Of a DNA stretch of 64,000 bases, positions 24,960 through 38,823 are shown piece after piece. The stretch is taken from the NCBI GenBank assembly GCA_002633005.1, contig NMRA01000863.1:1-64000 (forward strand), given 5' to 3'. The position numbers and the translations under genes are program-made. Below the pieces are notes generated by a model. It did no database searches. It was given only the letters and a program-made list of their open reading frames with translations, and had not been told where the DNA came from. Source of the stretch: Phoronis australis. Lineage: Eukaryota; Animalia; Phoronida. The first letter of the stretch is position 1; every line of letters begins with the position of its first letter.

Positions 24960-26178
24960 TTCAAAAAAATAAAAAATAGATATCTAGAGAATAAGCTAGA
25001 GAAGGAAATACTGAAGTTAGAACAATGTGTTGATGATAGAACTTTTGAAGATTTAGAAAGGAAAGGGAGTGCTCTTCTAGAGATAGGGTCAGAGAAATTA
25101 AAAGGGTATTACGTCAGATCCAGGGCAACATGGATAGAGGAGGGTTAACGCCCAACAAAATATTTTTGTGGTTTAGAATCGAGACATTTTATAGCAAACT
25201 TATGTATGAAATAGAATTGGAAAATGGAGAAATAGTTACAAATCAAGAAAAGACACTAGACGTTGCTGCGAATTTTGACGAAAAACTTTATTCTGATAAC
25301 AGTTCTACTGAAAAAAATTAAAATAGAGAACCTTATTGTTTCAAATAAGCTACCCGATAATTTTGCTATGGAGCTTGAGGGACACTTAACACATGATGAA
25401 CTCTGGACTGTATTGAAATATTCAAAAAATGAAAAAAGCCCCGGGTCAGATGGTTTCACAAGTGAATTTGTAAAGTTAAAAGATTTTCAGGAAAGATTTA
25501 GAGTGTTTTGTTTTAAGACACATAAATGAAAGCTATGAAAAAATCGAAATGTCAAACACGCAAAAAACTTGGGTTGTAACTTTAATTCCAGAGCCAGATA
25601 ATGCTAAAAATTCATACAGAACTGTCGACCGATAACTTTGCTCAACAGCGTTTATAAGTTGGCATCCGGATATATTGCTAGACGAACAAAAATTACTTGG
25701 ATATATTATTTCCCCGGGTCAGATGGGATTTATAAAAGAGCGATGTCTGGTTTGAGAGTAAATTAATCCAAAACAAATGTCATTTGGTTGGGCAGTAAAA
25801 AAATTTGTAAAGACGTTTCCATCATGTAAGATGGAAGCAGGAATGGGAAATAACGGAATTTAAGATTCTAAGTAACAAGTTCAGTGTCAACATAGGAAAA
25901 ATGATTGGTATCAACTACAATGAGAGGATCTGTGAAATCAATAATCTTATAAGAATTTGGTCTAGAAGAAAAATCTCCTCTTTGGGAAAGTTACGCCGGT
26001 TAAGACCTTAATGGTGCCAAAAATTATTCACATAATGACAGCCCTGCCTACTCTATCAGACATTATTATGAATGAATTGAACGCAAGCATTTTTATGTTT
26101 ATTTGGAATAACAAAGTTGAGAGTGTGAAGAGAGATGTATTAATTAAAACTGATGAGGAAGAGGGAGTTAAAATGTTA
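24960..26178 (+). mobile_element. L1/Tx1-clade LINE ORF2 (reverse transcriptase region) pseudogene fragment
   Basis: Motifs RSRATWIEEG..PTKYF, KSPGSDGFTSEF, VVTLIP, CRPITLLNSVYKLAS, QMGFIK, GL.VN.SKT and FMFIWNNK..VKR.VL....EEGVKM, with stops, frameshifts and an internal deletion. Confidence 0.9.
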
Positions 26179-26201
26179 TATATAATTATTTATCACAAGG
26201 C

Positions 26202-26275
26202 TACCGTTTTCGCCCTAATAAGCGCCCAGGGCGCTTAGAAAAATTCGCTTCGGGAATGCGGGCGCTTATTAGAGC
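26202..26275. mobile_element. Tc1/mariner(pogo)-like MITE end fragment
   Basis: TACCGTTTTCGCCCTAATAAGCGCCC...GGGCGCTTATTAG internal palindrome. Truncates the LINE. Partner end not found. Confidence 0.4.
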
Positions 26276-27118
26276 CCAAAAGTCTCCAAAACAGGTGAAA
26301 TCGTAAGCTGGCTATCATCGAATTTACGCTCTGTGACTCATCTGTAACCTATGACAGAGTTTCTATAAAATTGCAGTACATTGCTGTCAAACTTTAATGT
26401 TAAATTACGAGCATTTCTCAGGAAATCCCAGTGCGAAATCTCGCCAAGTGATGCGTCCCTGCCTCGTGATCGCCGATAGGTCAACTTGAATTCTTGAGTA
26501 AAAATACCTGAAATCCTCCTTAAGTTTTCCAATTAGCGTCCCTAAGATTTTTAAGTTCCTGTGGAGTGGGGATTAACAGCATCATCCATGCGTTAGATCG
26601 TACTGTGCAACACGAGAAAAATCTCCGGACGACCACACATGTTGTTGTCACGTGACGTTCGTTTTGAAGTTCGACTGCGTATTGTGTGAGTAAGCGAGCG
26701 CGTGCGTATCAAACGAAGAGGGTTCATTTGCCAGAGTAAACGCGATGTAACGATTCACAGGTGTCCTCAGCTTCTAATCGTCCCCAATACACTACATATA
26801 ATACTACGAGGTACATGTATGACACTCGGGACTAGAAATTCCACGGGTGCTTCGATTCAGCCGTCCATATCAAACACGTAACTCAATAAGTTTACACAAA
26901 ACAGGTGTTCAACAAACCATGAGCATTTGTTCTTTCACGGTGTCCTGCTCCAGCGAGTTCGAAAGAATTCGCACACTCCCGACCCCTAAACAAACTCCCC
27001 GCTTTTAACAGGATGTTGTCAGGCAAAAGTTATCCCTTTAAGGCGCCTTGTTGTAATATTGCAGCAAAACTTTTGATAACAAAATACACTGTATTTCAGA
27101 AATAGCAACCAAGTCACC

Positions 27119-27790
27119 GGGTCTGTACCACTCTGTTCCTCGATCCCTATAATTCCCCGTCCCTATGCAACTCAAACGATGCGCCCTCGTCACTTTGTTC
27201 CGCCGGCAATGTATTGGGCCACCGTTGTTCCTCGGCCCTATAACAATACAGTGTATTTTCTATCAGACGACAATTTTATTTTGTTAAATAACTTATATAA
27301 TGTCATACTCTATTTTACACCTAGTCAATAAATAAGTGCTTTGACCTCTTTTACATGAAATTGTTTTTGTTCTTCAGAGTAACTGCTCAGAATTGCTAGG
27401 GAATATTTATCAACGGCACTTTCATGGAGCTCTTTTCAATTTGGCTTCACTCAGTCGTTTTAACAATCGCTATTGGAAGTGAACTACTGAAGATGATATG
27501 AGCTGTCATCTTTAAGTGATTGCTTTGGCTTGATATTCCATAACCAAACCACCATGCACCGACATCGTTCTCCCAAGGTAATTTTTTTCTGTTTTGGCAA
27601 ACATGTCTGTACGTGCACCTGAGACGCTCCTAATTATCGCCCTTGATATGTAGAAATTTATTTAAAAAGTAGGGGGAACATCGGGAATCGGAAATATACG
27701 ACCAGGTAGCATCGGGATGTGGGGTCATGGTAACTGAGGAACATCGGTTACTGAACATAGGGAACGTAAGGACATGAGAACAGCGGACCG
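27119..27790. mobile_element. Decayed MITE with subterminal inverted repeat arrays
   Basis: Left end has TGTTCCTCG/TGTTCC units. Right end has complementary GAGGAACATCGG/GAACATAGGG units. Confidence 0.45.
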
Positions 27791-29939
27791 GCCTCTAGTT
27801 GCCGGCTCAGGACGTTCCAACACTTCAACTACCCGGTCATGTAGATACGAGTACAAGAGTTTTGTTACTCATGGGAAAATGTTTTGGAATTTGGCTCACG
27901 GAAATACACGAGGAAATCAGATTACATTTTGAGCACGGGGGTCGAATTGATGATAATCAACTCGTGCAGTTATATAAAAGAAAAAAGAAAACGCCGTAGT
28001 AAATATTGCGTTGCTATATTCGGTGTGTAATTTCATATTCTTTAATCATACATGTATGAACAGGAAAGGGAATAATTTATTTACTAGAACACGCTTCCCA
28101 TGCACAAACTCCGCAACGAGTTTTTGTTCAAAAACTGTATTTCGTTTGCATTACCCTGGTAGTTCAGAGCTAACTATCTTCGCGTTGCTTCAATCTCTTA
28201 GAAAAGCCCAGGAGGAAACCTTGTCGGCCACGGTTTTAGCCTCTGTCGCTAAAGACAGCATTTTTTCAGTGGCAGAAAAACGTGTGCTAAATATGTCGTA
28301 AATTAGTTGATTGGGACTCTTCACCTACTTTCTTTTGTAACCTTAAATTTGAAGTTGAATGAAATTTTGGTTTTGTTAAGTCACTTTGATTTTGCAATGG
28401 CACTTCGTGGATAAACTGGGACAACTCTTCTGCTCACAAGGTTGTGTTTGGAACTCCTAATGTGGTAAACATTGTAATTAATTCTGTCTTTACTGATAAG
28501 TTTATCAATACAACAATAGAAAAATCATCAATTGGAGAACACTTTGGGGTACCAAAACTGGGTTGAATAATGAATCGTTTAATATAATTAACTCCGTTAA
28601 CGTATGAAATCATTGCCATTTGGTATCAGGCAGCGGTACATTTTTCAAAGCTCTTTCCACATGACAAACTTTCTTCTCGCTCTTTTACAAACCTGCTTTC
28701 GTAGACCCAACAGCTGAAAAAGCCCACAGAACCTTAATAAAGGCCAAAATGGTAACAATTCGAGTAAAACTGGACTACAGAGATGGCGCTTCTTGCCTCT
28801 TGCTTCCGTACTTTTGTTGGCGTTTGCGTACTTCTCATACGTTTGGATTTTCAGTTGTGACGAAGATTTTAGTTTACTCTCTCAGCAATCATTTTTGGAC
28901 AAAGTTTGATCATCATACTCAAATGGTAAATGTTTTCCGTTGGATTTCGAGAATGTCCTGACAGCCATTGACACTTCGGGACGTAGACAAAATAGCAAAT
29001 ACTGAAGAGTTTAATTTTCAGTCGGGATGCTCAGAAGGACCGCCGTAATATAGATACACACCATGATAAGCCATATTTTCAAAGAGTTTGATAACCAACG
29101 GTCAAACCTTGGGAACCCCTGACATCACATCCTACTTGACTCAGGCACGAATTGACACCAATTGGCTACGCGTTGCAATTACATAGCACATGAACGCGAT
29201 TTGATGTCCCATGTCGTTAAGAGCTATGTTTTGTGACGGGTTCGTAGCCGCTTAAACTAACTTGAAGGCATTTGGACGTTGTTGAAGAGGTCAAAAACGC
29301 GATTAACAGACTAAATTGCAACATTGAAAGTAGTTCTCTGTCACTGAAACACATGTCAATCTATACACCAGGTATTTCAAAAGTTTGTTCCTAAACATTT
29401 TACTTGTGTTGATATCAAAGCATTTTCTTTTAGTTTCACATTTCAGAAAAGTGATCTGTCATCTGCTCGTCATTTCGTCGATTTTTCTCTAACAAGGCAA
29501 AGCACGTCTCCTTATTGGTATGGCAAGACATGGACGTACATATGTAACACATTTCCCTTATTTAGAAAATGTGACCTTTGACCTCAAGGGACTTCAAACA
29601 ACTGGCTGTGAGTGCATTCGTATAGATTTTTACACAGCCAAGTCGTATCCCCCGAATTCTAGAGGCCGAGTGGATTTTGGACGCCCTCGGGCAATAATTC
29701 TTCAAAATCAACGACGGCTCTAGATAAGGGGATAACGACGGCGAACATGTAATGATCTATTTATAGCACATACCTAACGAGAAATAATGCAATGAATCGA
29801 TCTACCTTTCTCGACTCGCCTCGGCTCTTGTTACTAAAATATCATTTTTTTAGAAATTATGTGTCTTATTTTTCATAGGGTATAAATATCGGCACAATGC
29901 CCTTTGTTGAACATGCGATTATAGCGCGTGTTCATTTAA

Positions 29940-31600
29940 AGGAGAATGCTACCCAAAAAACAACCTATTTTGTATCAGTTTAGATCGATTAGTCCCCCCC
30001 CCCCACCCGATAACAACAAGTTCAGTTGCTTTACCTTACACCTGGCGGCAGACGGAGGTGTTGAAATTAATCAATGACATATTTGTTTCGAACGCTGTCT
30101 GTTCAGCAGTTCACAACACGCTTACTGGTGTCAACTTATCCCTTGTATGCATCGTTTTACACCTATAAATCATCAAAATTTCGATGTGAAACAATTACAA
30201 ATACATCGAGTTCTTGAAAAAACGTGTTGTTTTATTTCACTGTTACGGATTTATAGGTATTTGAACGTACGGTAGCCTACATAGTTCAGTCAAGGTTTAG
30301 GCAAATTTATAATGGTCGATCGCTGGGTCTGTTTGTGAAAAATTCGAATCATTATTCCGTGAAATACAGACATAAAATGTAGCTGTGTGTTATAATTTCA
30401 GACTTGCGATTTTTTCAGTTCTAAACACACAAAACGTTTATTATCCCAGCCAGTGTCTCGGAACCCGATCAGGCCCGTCGCGGCCTCCGGGACTGGACAT
30501 TTTCGAACATAATCCAGCTTAAGCTGAAAACTAAACATCCAGCCACAAAACAACTATACTAGCGAGCCAAAAAAATAATGTGCACTTATTTATTTTGGTG
30601 ATTTAGCCACGAAACTGAAAATCTACTTACTAGTATGGGGCCGCGAAGTCAAGTTGCCCTAAATTACAGAGCCGTCAGGGCAAAAGTTGTACAGTAAGAA
30701 TAATGTGAACAATGTATTTGTAAATCTAAATAAAGATTTCCCTAACATGTGACCATAGCATATAAAATCGATTTATTGTTTCACAACAGCTTTCTGTCAG
30801 TAAACACTGAATTGGCATGCGCTCACACAGCCTATGTGCCCGGTCAATTACCTTTATTGCATCGGAAGCCAGTTGAGTAACGCAGTGGTTTATTTATTGC
30901 TGGCTTCTCAAAATATTTGTACTGACGAATACTCCAAAGGCATTACAAATTGTATCTAATGAGACACATTTTGTTTCAGTTTTATATAAGCATTGGTTAG
31001 GGTGAGAATAATTCATTTCGCAACAGAACGCAGAATAATTAACGTCAATATGGCAAGTCGCAATACCGACTTCGACGAGAGCTCATCCGACGAAGACTTC
31101 ACAGGTCGTTCGTTAAGTTTCACAGGCTATAAGTTCGAACAGGAACACAATGATCAAGAAATACTAGAGAAGTGCCGTGAATATACAAAGGCAACGCAAC
31201 GTATGGATAGTTCTTTGGTAAGCCGGCATTTATCAGACTCACTCGGCTGTCGAGGACTGTGCCCAGACAAGGAGATGTTTCACGGCCTCATACTTGCTAA
31301 TAACAGCGTACTTTTCATTTTTCACTACCGCAAGCCACTTCCTAAGCATTTGGGATTGTCGAGGAAAAAAGGATATACCCGCTTTCCTCGCAGCTACATA
31401 GTTCGTACAAAACAATGCATGGCAACGTAGCGGCATTCACCCTGCATATGAACCACTGACGTCGTTGCGTCGTTTCTCACCATCCTCACAGCTTAATGCG
31501 ACACAATTCGGCAAGGTAAGATCGACCGTATGCGAGGAGATGTGGGTATTGACCGATTAAGACTTTAAAAAAGAGTAATTAAATCAGGTGGCATTCACCT
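29940..31600. mobile_element. Kolobok-like element, 1661 bp
   Basis: TTAA|AGGAGAATGC...GCATTCACCT|TTAA. Contains ~720 bp (~30570-31290) missing from the copy-A element. Confidence 0.8.
31239..31436 (-). pseudogene. THAP zinc-finger N-terminus of a Kolobok-type transposase (truncated)
   Basis: MPLRCHALFCTNYVAARKAGISFFPRQSQMLRKWLAVVKNEKYAVISKY has the C-x4-C, FP and W pattern of THAP. The second C/H ligands are lost. Confidence 0.7.
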
Positions 31601-32645
31601 TTAAGTATTTTATTTTCACGTTCGATGACGTCAGTTTCTGAGTGGTGTAGTGGTAAAGTTGACTACTCGAAACTCTTGTGAACTGGGTTCGAAACCGGCC
31701 TCAGTTCCCGCCAAAATGTTTTCTCACTAGTAAGATAACTAAATGGGTTGTTACGCTGTTGTGTTTGCCATTTGAGCCTAATATTGTGGTATAAGGGCAT
31801 TTATCATAAGTCTGAGGGAGGATAGAAACTTTGTGGTAACCACAGCGTTTTTCTTTACGCGTATTTTAAAAATCGTGAGTTATGTGATTTTATCTTGCAA
31901 TTTCCTCACAGTGAAAATGAACTGCTCTGTACTAGAGGTTCTGAGATGGTACTTTCGTCAGAAATCGTTTAAGACATATTATGACGTAAATTCCCTTTGC
32001 ATGCCTGTGTTGGATTCTTAATTGATGCGCTTTTTGTTCAAAGCATTGCCACTCTCAAATGAGCTTGGGTTGTTGCTGAATGAACTTGCAACTCAGGTCG
32101 CATGTACGCAACTTAATGTATACTATTGATTTCGTAATATTTGGAAACACCAATCAATTGTAAAGTGTTTGCTTGGGCTGCTGATCACTTCTGAAGTTCA
32201 TGGTAAAGGTAACGAATATCGTGACATCGATTTTTAATGAACCATGGAGTAAAAAGTGTAAGTGTATTACCGTTTTAGCCAAATGAAGATGGTGGATGGT
32301 GTTAAAAGTGTCAACATGGAGGAACTGCTGGAACCCCCAGGTGATATTTTCCGTCCCCCTTTAAATTAAAATAGCACAGGTGTCGTGAAACAGCTAATGT
32401 CAAGTCGGTATTGGGTTTGAGATAACAGCGACATCTATAGTGCAGGGTAGTAAGTTTTTAAACATGTAATCAAAGCATAAAATAAGACATGAACTGATGC
32501 CTTGGGAACTCGGATCACGGCAATAGACGAGGTAAGCCGACTAGTACATGTAATCTATCGAACACTCGTGCAGTTAGATAACAGACTGAAATAGAACACG
32601 TAGCACGCATCATGTCGATTTATTCGGTATTTTCACATGTTTCAA

Positions 32646-35600
32646 TTATATAGACCATAATAAAGTTGGCACGGGCTTGCGCAAATCCATTTTGATTACA
32701 TCTCCCTCCTCGTCGCCAGATGACCTTCGGTTAGGGAAGGACATGTCAGAGGCCTTGACGTCAGCAGTGAAGACACTGGAAAAAACAGTTAACGATCTGA
32801 GCAGCAACAATTAATAAAGTTGAATAAAAACTTGAACGTGGGGAACTGTGAGCATCAATAACCACGATCTCAACGTCTATTATATCAACGTACACTATAC
32901 GATTAAGTATTAAAACTGTATGCGGAGTTAGTCAATAAAAGTACGAATCAGTATAGCTTACATGAAATAATTTAATAATTAAAGATAATTTGTATAACTG
33001 TAATAACTGCGAAGCGATACCGTAGCTAGGTAACAGTGAAACAACACCTGAGGATTAGATAGCATATCATGTATATTATGAAAAACTATACTACTTCAGA
33101 TATGGATAATTACAAAATTTATACATGTATAATATGTTGAGCTGTACAGGTGGGTGACAATCTGACACAGATGCAGCAGAAGGATGCATCCGCCCTCCCG
33201 AGAGAGAGCGTGTGAGACTTACAAAAAATAGCATGAGTAAAAGGGAGTACATATACTGCCGAAAATAAGAATAAGAACAGAATAACATGACACTAAATAT
33301 ATGTTAATCATCGTAACAAGGTGTCGAAATGAGAGTAACTGAAATCTAAGAGGAAAATCAAGCTAACATATGGATTGATAACAACCAAGGAATATACATA
33401 AGGTACTCGGTAAGGTACATAGCAGACGTAATGTATGCTGCATACGCAGGTATATGTAAACAGTAATAGTGACACGTATAGACAGAAATTCATACAGATA
33501 ATGAACCTAGAACGGGAATAATGTCTGAATCTTTGGTAGGGACCTACTAATCGATAAATAGGAAGCTGTAGTTTAACTAATTGCAGCGCCACCTACAATA
33601 CTTTTTCTATTACTCTTATAAATACTGGATATAGAAGGCGCTAAACCATTGTAGTGCAAAGAAAGATGAAATGGTGACTTCATTCATAGGTAAATGATGT
33701 TTCAGAAGTCAGTGTTAAGTTCCCAGCAAATTCGTATATTTCAAGCTACCTCTGTTACACAAACAGAAGATAAAGGTTCACAATTTTAGAGACACAAAAC
33801 AAGCACTAGTTCAGCAGTTCCCACTATAATCGATGTGCCACCTCCGGGAAGTCAATAAATAACGGCTAGATGAAATTATGATGATCAAGTAGAAAATGCA
33901 AGTCAATTGACAATTTCTTTAACTAATAGCTGCACCACCTGTAGGCAGGTAGATGACGTAGAACTTATCAACTGGCTCAAAATTTTAGAGTCTCCAAACA
34001 CGAATTTCAACTAATTCAACTATTCCCACTCTTCACTGTGCCATCTGTAGGCAGGTAGATAAAATCATAACCAACAGGCTTACAATTTTAGAGACACCAA
34101 ACACGCATTTCAACTAATTCAACTATTGAAACTAATCGCTGCGCCACTTGCAGGGACAGACTCATAGTGATGACAAACATGCAGTCAGCAACAGGGCCAC
34201 AACTTGAGAGACACAGAACACAAACTTCAATTAATTTGACTATTCCCATTAATCGCTACGTCACCAGCAGGCAGACTAATGAAGTACATGACGTCAGCAA
34301 AAGGCTCACCAGATCACAAGTTGAGAGACACAAAACAAGCAGTTCAACTAATTCAGCTATTCCACTAAAAGATGACGCCACCTGTGGGCTGGTAGGTAAG
34401 ATATATGGCGCCATCAATAAGCTCCCACTTTTAGAGACACCAAACACGCATGTCAACTTATTCAACTATTCCCAAAAATCGCTGCACCACCTGCAGGCAA
34501 GGCAGTGACCCCGGTCTTTCTTTCTCACAATGCCAATAATACCTCAGATAGCGCTACAATTGGTAGAATTACTTGAATTAGTGGAATAGCACAGTGCTGA
34601 ATAGGTTCGGAGATGACTTGGGATTCAGATTAGTTGGGTTCAACTAATTCAACTATTTCTAATCGATGCGCCACATCATGTGCACAATTTGATAACTTAC
34701 ATGACGTCATCCACAAGCTCATAATGTTAGAGACACCAATAACGCATTTCAACTAATTCATCTATTCCCACTAATGGCTGCGCCATCTGACGGGGCAGTT
34801 TGAAAACAAGCATGATGTCAGCAACAGGCTTGCATCAGTGCCGGGTAATGGCAGGATAAGTTGAGATAAGTTGGGATTAGCGGGGTACAACTAAACATTC
34901 TAGCATGTACGAAGGCATGGGGTAAAGCAACAAGAATCAGGACTGGAAAGATTGCCCGGGAGGTAGGAGCCCGAAAACGGAGAGTCATTGACACTGGCAA
35001 CTAATATAGGCGCCCTAGTTTAAAAAATAGTGAGTGAAAAGGACACTGGCAATACAGTTCAAAAGAAAATAACGGGGAGCGACGGAAGACAATGCCAACA
35101 CAGCAGCCCCCGAGATGAAGATGAGTAGTGAACGAGAAACTGGCAATACAGTTGCCCCAATATACATGTATGATGAAAGGGGTTGGTGAGTGAGACGGCA
35201 CTGGCAATGGAGTTGACCCGATGTGGAGAAAAGTCGTCATGAGGTTGAGAACTGGCAATACGTGTGTGCATTGGCAACGAAAGAGTCTGGTAATGAGTGA
35301 GTGGGATTGTTAGTAGCGGTAAAGTGTAAAAAATACAATTTTAGGCGGTCTGATGCACGCTGTACCAGACGTGCACAGGCCGCGCATGTGGGCCCATTGC
35401 ACTAATCACCTGGAACGATTTTTAAGCTTTATTAATATGTAGTTCAAACCGATCTGAGGAGCTAGAAACCTGGTTCAAGGGTTTAGCAGTGTATCATTGT
35501 GGGACTCGAACCCACCACCTCGAGTAAAGAAAGCGGGCACTTATCAATCAGGCCGCACTGCCTCCTGGTGGGAAGTGTAAGGATGGGAGACGAATGGTAG

Positions 35601-35930
35601 TTCATGAGCCCGTCGTGCTTCTAGCCACCCATACGCTGAATGGTGGAGTCGGGAATTTGGAGGATAGCAACAGAGAGGTGGCTGTGCCAATTCGGAAACT
35701 ATGAGATTTGTAGCGTTTAGGATTGAGACCAACGCACCCGAGAACCAAGTTAAGGTGGCGAGTAAAGTAAGAGCGAATTAAGTTGGAACTGGAAGTTAGG
35801 AGTCAGCGAAGAAGGAATTACAACTTTATTGTAAAGTGAGGGTACATTGCTGGATCAACATAATCACTCACGAAGCTGACGAGAGCATCACGCCGACGAT
35901 CACAAGGGCAATGATATATACTGGCTTCAT
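32646..35930 (-). CDS. Small secreted peptide precursor, gene 2; complement(join(32646..32775,35872..35930)), 62 aa
   Basis: MKPVYIIALVIVGVMLSSASVFTADVKASDMSFPNRRSSGDEEGDVIKMDLRKPVPTLLWSI*. Exon 2 spans 35872-35965 with a GTGAGT donor. Acceptor CTGTTTTTTCCAG. AATAAA at 32619-32624. Exon 1 at ~38763-38792. Confidence 0.8.
33760..34800. repeat. Degenerate ~100-120-bp tandem array (copy of 16250-17290)
   Basis: Same units as copy A. Confidence 0.85.
34805..35778 (-). mobile_element. DIRS/Ngaro-type remnant with tyrosine-recombinase C-terminus (~35548-35775)
   Basis: Reads GLNPKRYKSHSFRIGTATS / IPDSTIQRMGG*KHD. Confidence 0.8.
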
Positions 35931-38762
35931 TGTAGTCTGCTTGGCTCGTATGGCGATATTTCAGGCTGCAAAAGAATCATGGCATTTTCAGTGTCATGGA
36001 CAGTGTTAAGTATCATACATACATAGACTTTATAGCTGCTTTTCACCTTGTTAAACTGGATGAAAAGAGGTCTTTCATTCTCATCAAAACCGCCCTCTTT
36101 ATAATGGTTGACATGAGAGCATTCCAGTCCCGATACAAAACCAACAGGCACTGCATGTACATATGTCATTGTGGAAGTTGAAAATCTTACATTTTTATCC
36201 CGCTAAATAGAGCAAAATGCAGCTCCACTTTAATTGTAACCTTTTTGAGATCCTTCCTTCAAGGAGTTGGGTCCCTGATTTGAGTCGTGTTTTGATTAAT
36301 GCGAACTCTTGGCGCATAATCCCAGAAAAAATCCTATGGCAAGCGACACTACATATACATGACCTTAAAACAAATTTGTCTTGTGATACATCTCAAATCT
36401 CTATAACAACTTTGTGTTTTACATGCAACTCACGCATTAACTGGCAGGCAATGGAATTGTGTATACGTAGTGATGGTGGCCTGGTAAAATACAAAATCTC
36501 GGCGAAAGTTCGCAAGAATACGATATGTTGGGGTTTGCGTTTTTTATTAATAAATTTCTTTCTATGTACGTGAGATATACATTTGACGGAGAATGCTATT
36601 CATTACAAATTATTAGGAAATCGACAGAAGGTAACACACCAGACTTTCGTCTTCACATCATTTCATATTGTACATGTACTTCACAATCCCTGTATCAGCC
36701 GTTTGAACCATGCGCAGACAACAGAATGATGCAAGTGAGCAAAAGATGCTACCACCGATCACGAGTCGAAAAAAGATCAACCCTTAGAAGAAAAACCAGA
36801 CTTGGCGATCTTAGTGTTATTCGTAAGAATCATGTGAAAATCATTCTTTGCCTATGGATATGTGATTTTTATTTGTACGTCGTGTGATGTTGTGATTCGT
36901 ACCTAAGATGTTGCGGTTTGCAAGCATGATGCTCTGTGCTGTACCTAAGGTATCGTGGTTCCGTGGTAAGATTTAATGCTGACGATTTTCATGGGTTCTG
37001 GTGTATTGTTCAAAGTTCGTGCGTGTGATTGTCTGATGCATTGGGTTGCAAACTAAGAAATTATAAATAGCTGATCGATAGTCATTCATAGATAGGAGTT
37101 CGTTGTCCGTTTTTATAACCGACAGACTCGTTAGTTTCGTTGAATTTGATCGAACTTTTGTATCTAAAGTGAACAATTTATAACGATATTCCAATTTAGT
37201 CAGATTTAACCATACAGTGACTTAGAAGTGTTTCTGTTGTTTTGTAGTTGCTTCCCATTTATCATAACTGAAAAAATACATCGGTACAGTATGTGCTTCT
37301 TTCCAAACGTGTCTCGAGTAATTTTTAGAGCTTTTCTGTCTGAAAATCCTTTCAATAATTGATAATTTCTCTTGAATATTCCGAGCAATTAGCCATTGTA
37401 AATTAAGCTATTTAAAATATATTACGTTCAAGTGCAATACATCTACATGTAGAACATTGTTACTACAAAGCTATATATTGTGTTTTAATGATTAATTACT
37501 TTTAGTGGAGTTTCGGAGCGGAAACTTTTCGTTTTCTACTTTGAAAAGCAGGTGGACAGATCAGCGGTTTTGGTTTTGCACGAAATTGATGAATTAGAAA
37601 AGGTAGAAATACGAACAAGGGTTTTGCTGAGAACAACCGACTCTTAGTTTACTGAGCGAATAAAATGGGGCCTTCACAGCTCTATGATCTTGTACAAAGC
37701 CACAAGGCGGAAGGTAGACAAGTCTCCTCCATATGTTATTGCCCTAAGGAAACACACGGTGAATTCATACATATCCTTCAGAAATCACGTGATATAAAAC
37801 GTGCACAAAGAGCCTGGAATTATTCAAATGACGTGCCATAGTTATGGAAATCTTTACATAGCTTGGAAAATTCATGACGGTGAAGAAGTATTATACTCTT
37901 TTGGGTTGAAAATGAAAAAGAGTTAGATTTTTTCTCTGGCGTTGAAACCGACAACTCTTTAAAAATAGAAACCAAAGAGTCCTATTGCCCTGTGCAAAAA
38001 AATTACTTTGCTAAGACAAATCCTAAATTTAGTTAAGATGAATCTTGAATTTGTCTAAAGTCCGTTAAAAGAAAGAGATCTTGAGTTTGACTTGATAGTT
38101 TTTTTACTTATATTTCGTATTCAGTTAGTCTTCAATCATACCAGATGTTCAAGTTTCAAAGCTTGAAGGTTGAGACAAATCTTGGCCTTAAGTCAAAAAT
38201 GAACTTAGTCAGTTTTTTGGAACTGCCGTTTGGCTTAAAAGGACTTATAGTTTAGTTTTTCTTAATTCTTTTGACTGCTACAAATACCAGCTTTATCAAT
38301 TATCGTTCACAAGAAATGAGGCATTTTACGGGTATTTTTAAAAAGAACAGATAAAATGATGTGGAAGTTTCAAAACTTGAAGGTTGAAACAAATCTTAGC
38401 CTTAAGTCAAAAATGAACTTGGTCAGTTTCTCATTGTTGACGATTTCTCTGGCCTCTGCACTGTTGTTGAAAAAAAAATCAGTTCTTTTCGTTTTAAGGT
38501 ACTGAAACAAATCTTTGTCAGAGAACTGATGTCATTGATCAAAATAGGTGTCTTGTTCTTAGTGTTTACTATCCAAGTCCACTTGCATGATACGACTGAG
38601 AAGAGTGTAACATTTAAGCCTTCTCACTCACTCACTGACCTATCCATCCGAACAATGGACCGCGTATCTGACATTTCAATGCACATTTGTTGTCGCCACT
38701 GACAGATAGTCTACACATACACAAAGTAAAATTATTTCGAAAATCTAGAAGAACATACTTAC

Positions 38763-38823
38763 CAAATTGTCGCAACTAGTTTCGAGTCAGTGTGTAGAAA
38801 CAATGTGTTGGCCACTTATATAA
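38763..38823 (-). promoter_or_regulatory. TATA box and non-coding exon 1 of peptide gene 2
   Basis: Minus-strand TATATAAG, then an exon ending ...ACAATTTG|GTAAGT. 147/146-bp repeats start at 38818, 38965 and 39111. Confidence 0.7.

Larger units (their letters stand above)
29620..31794. mobile_element. Hairpin-ended (Crypton-like) element with nested Kolobok-like insertion (paralogue of 12967-14434)
   Basis: Same palindromic start and TGTGGTATAA end. tRNA-like cassette at ~31630-31712. Confidence 0.7.
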
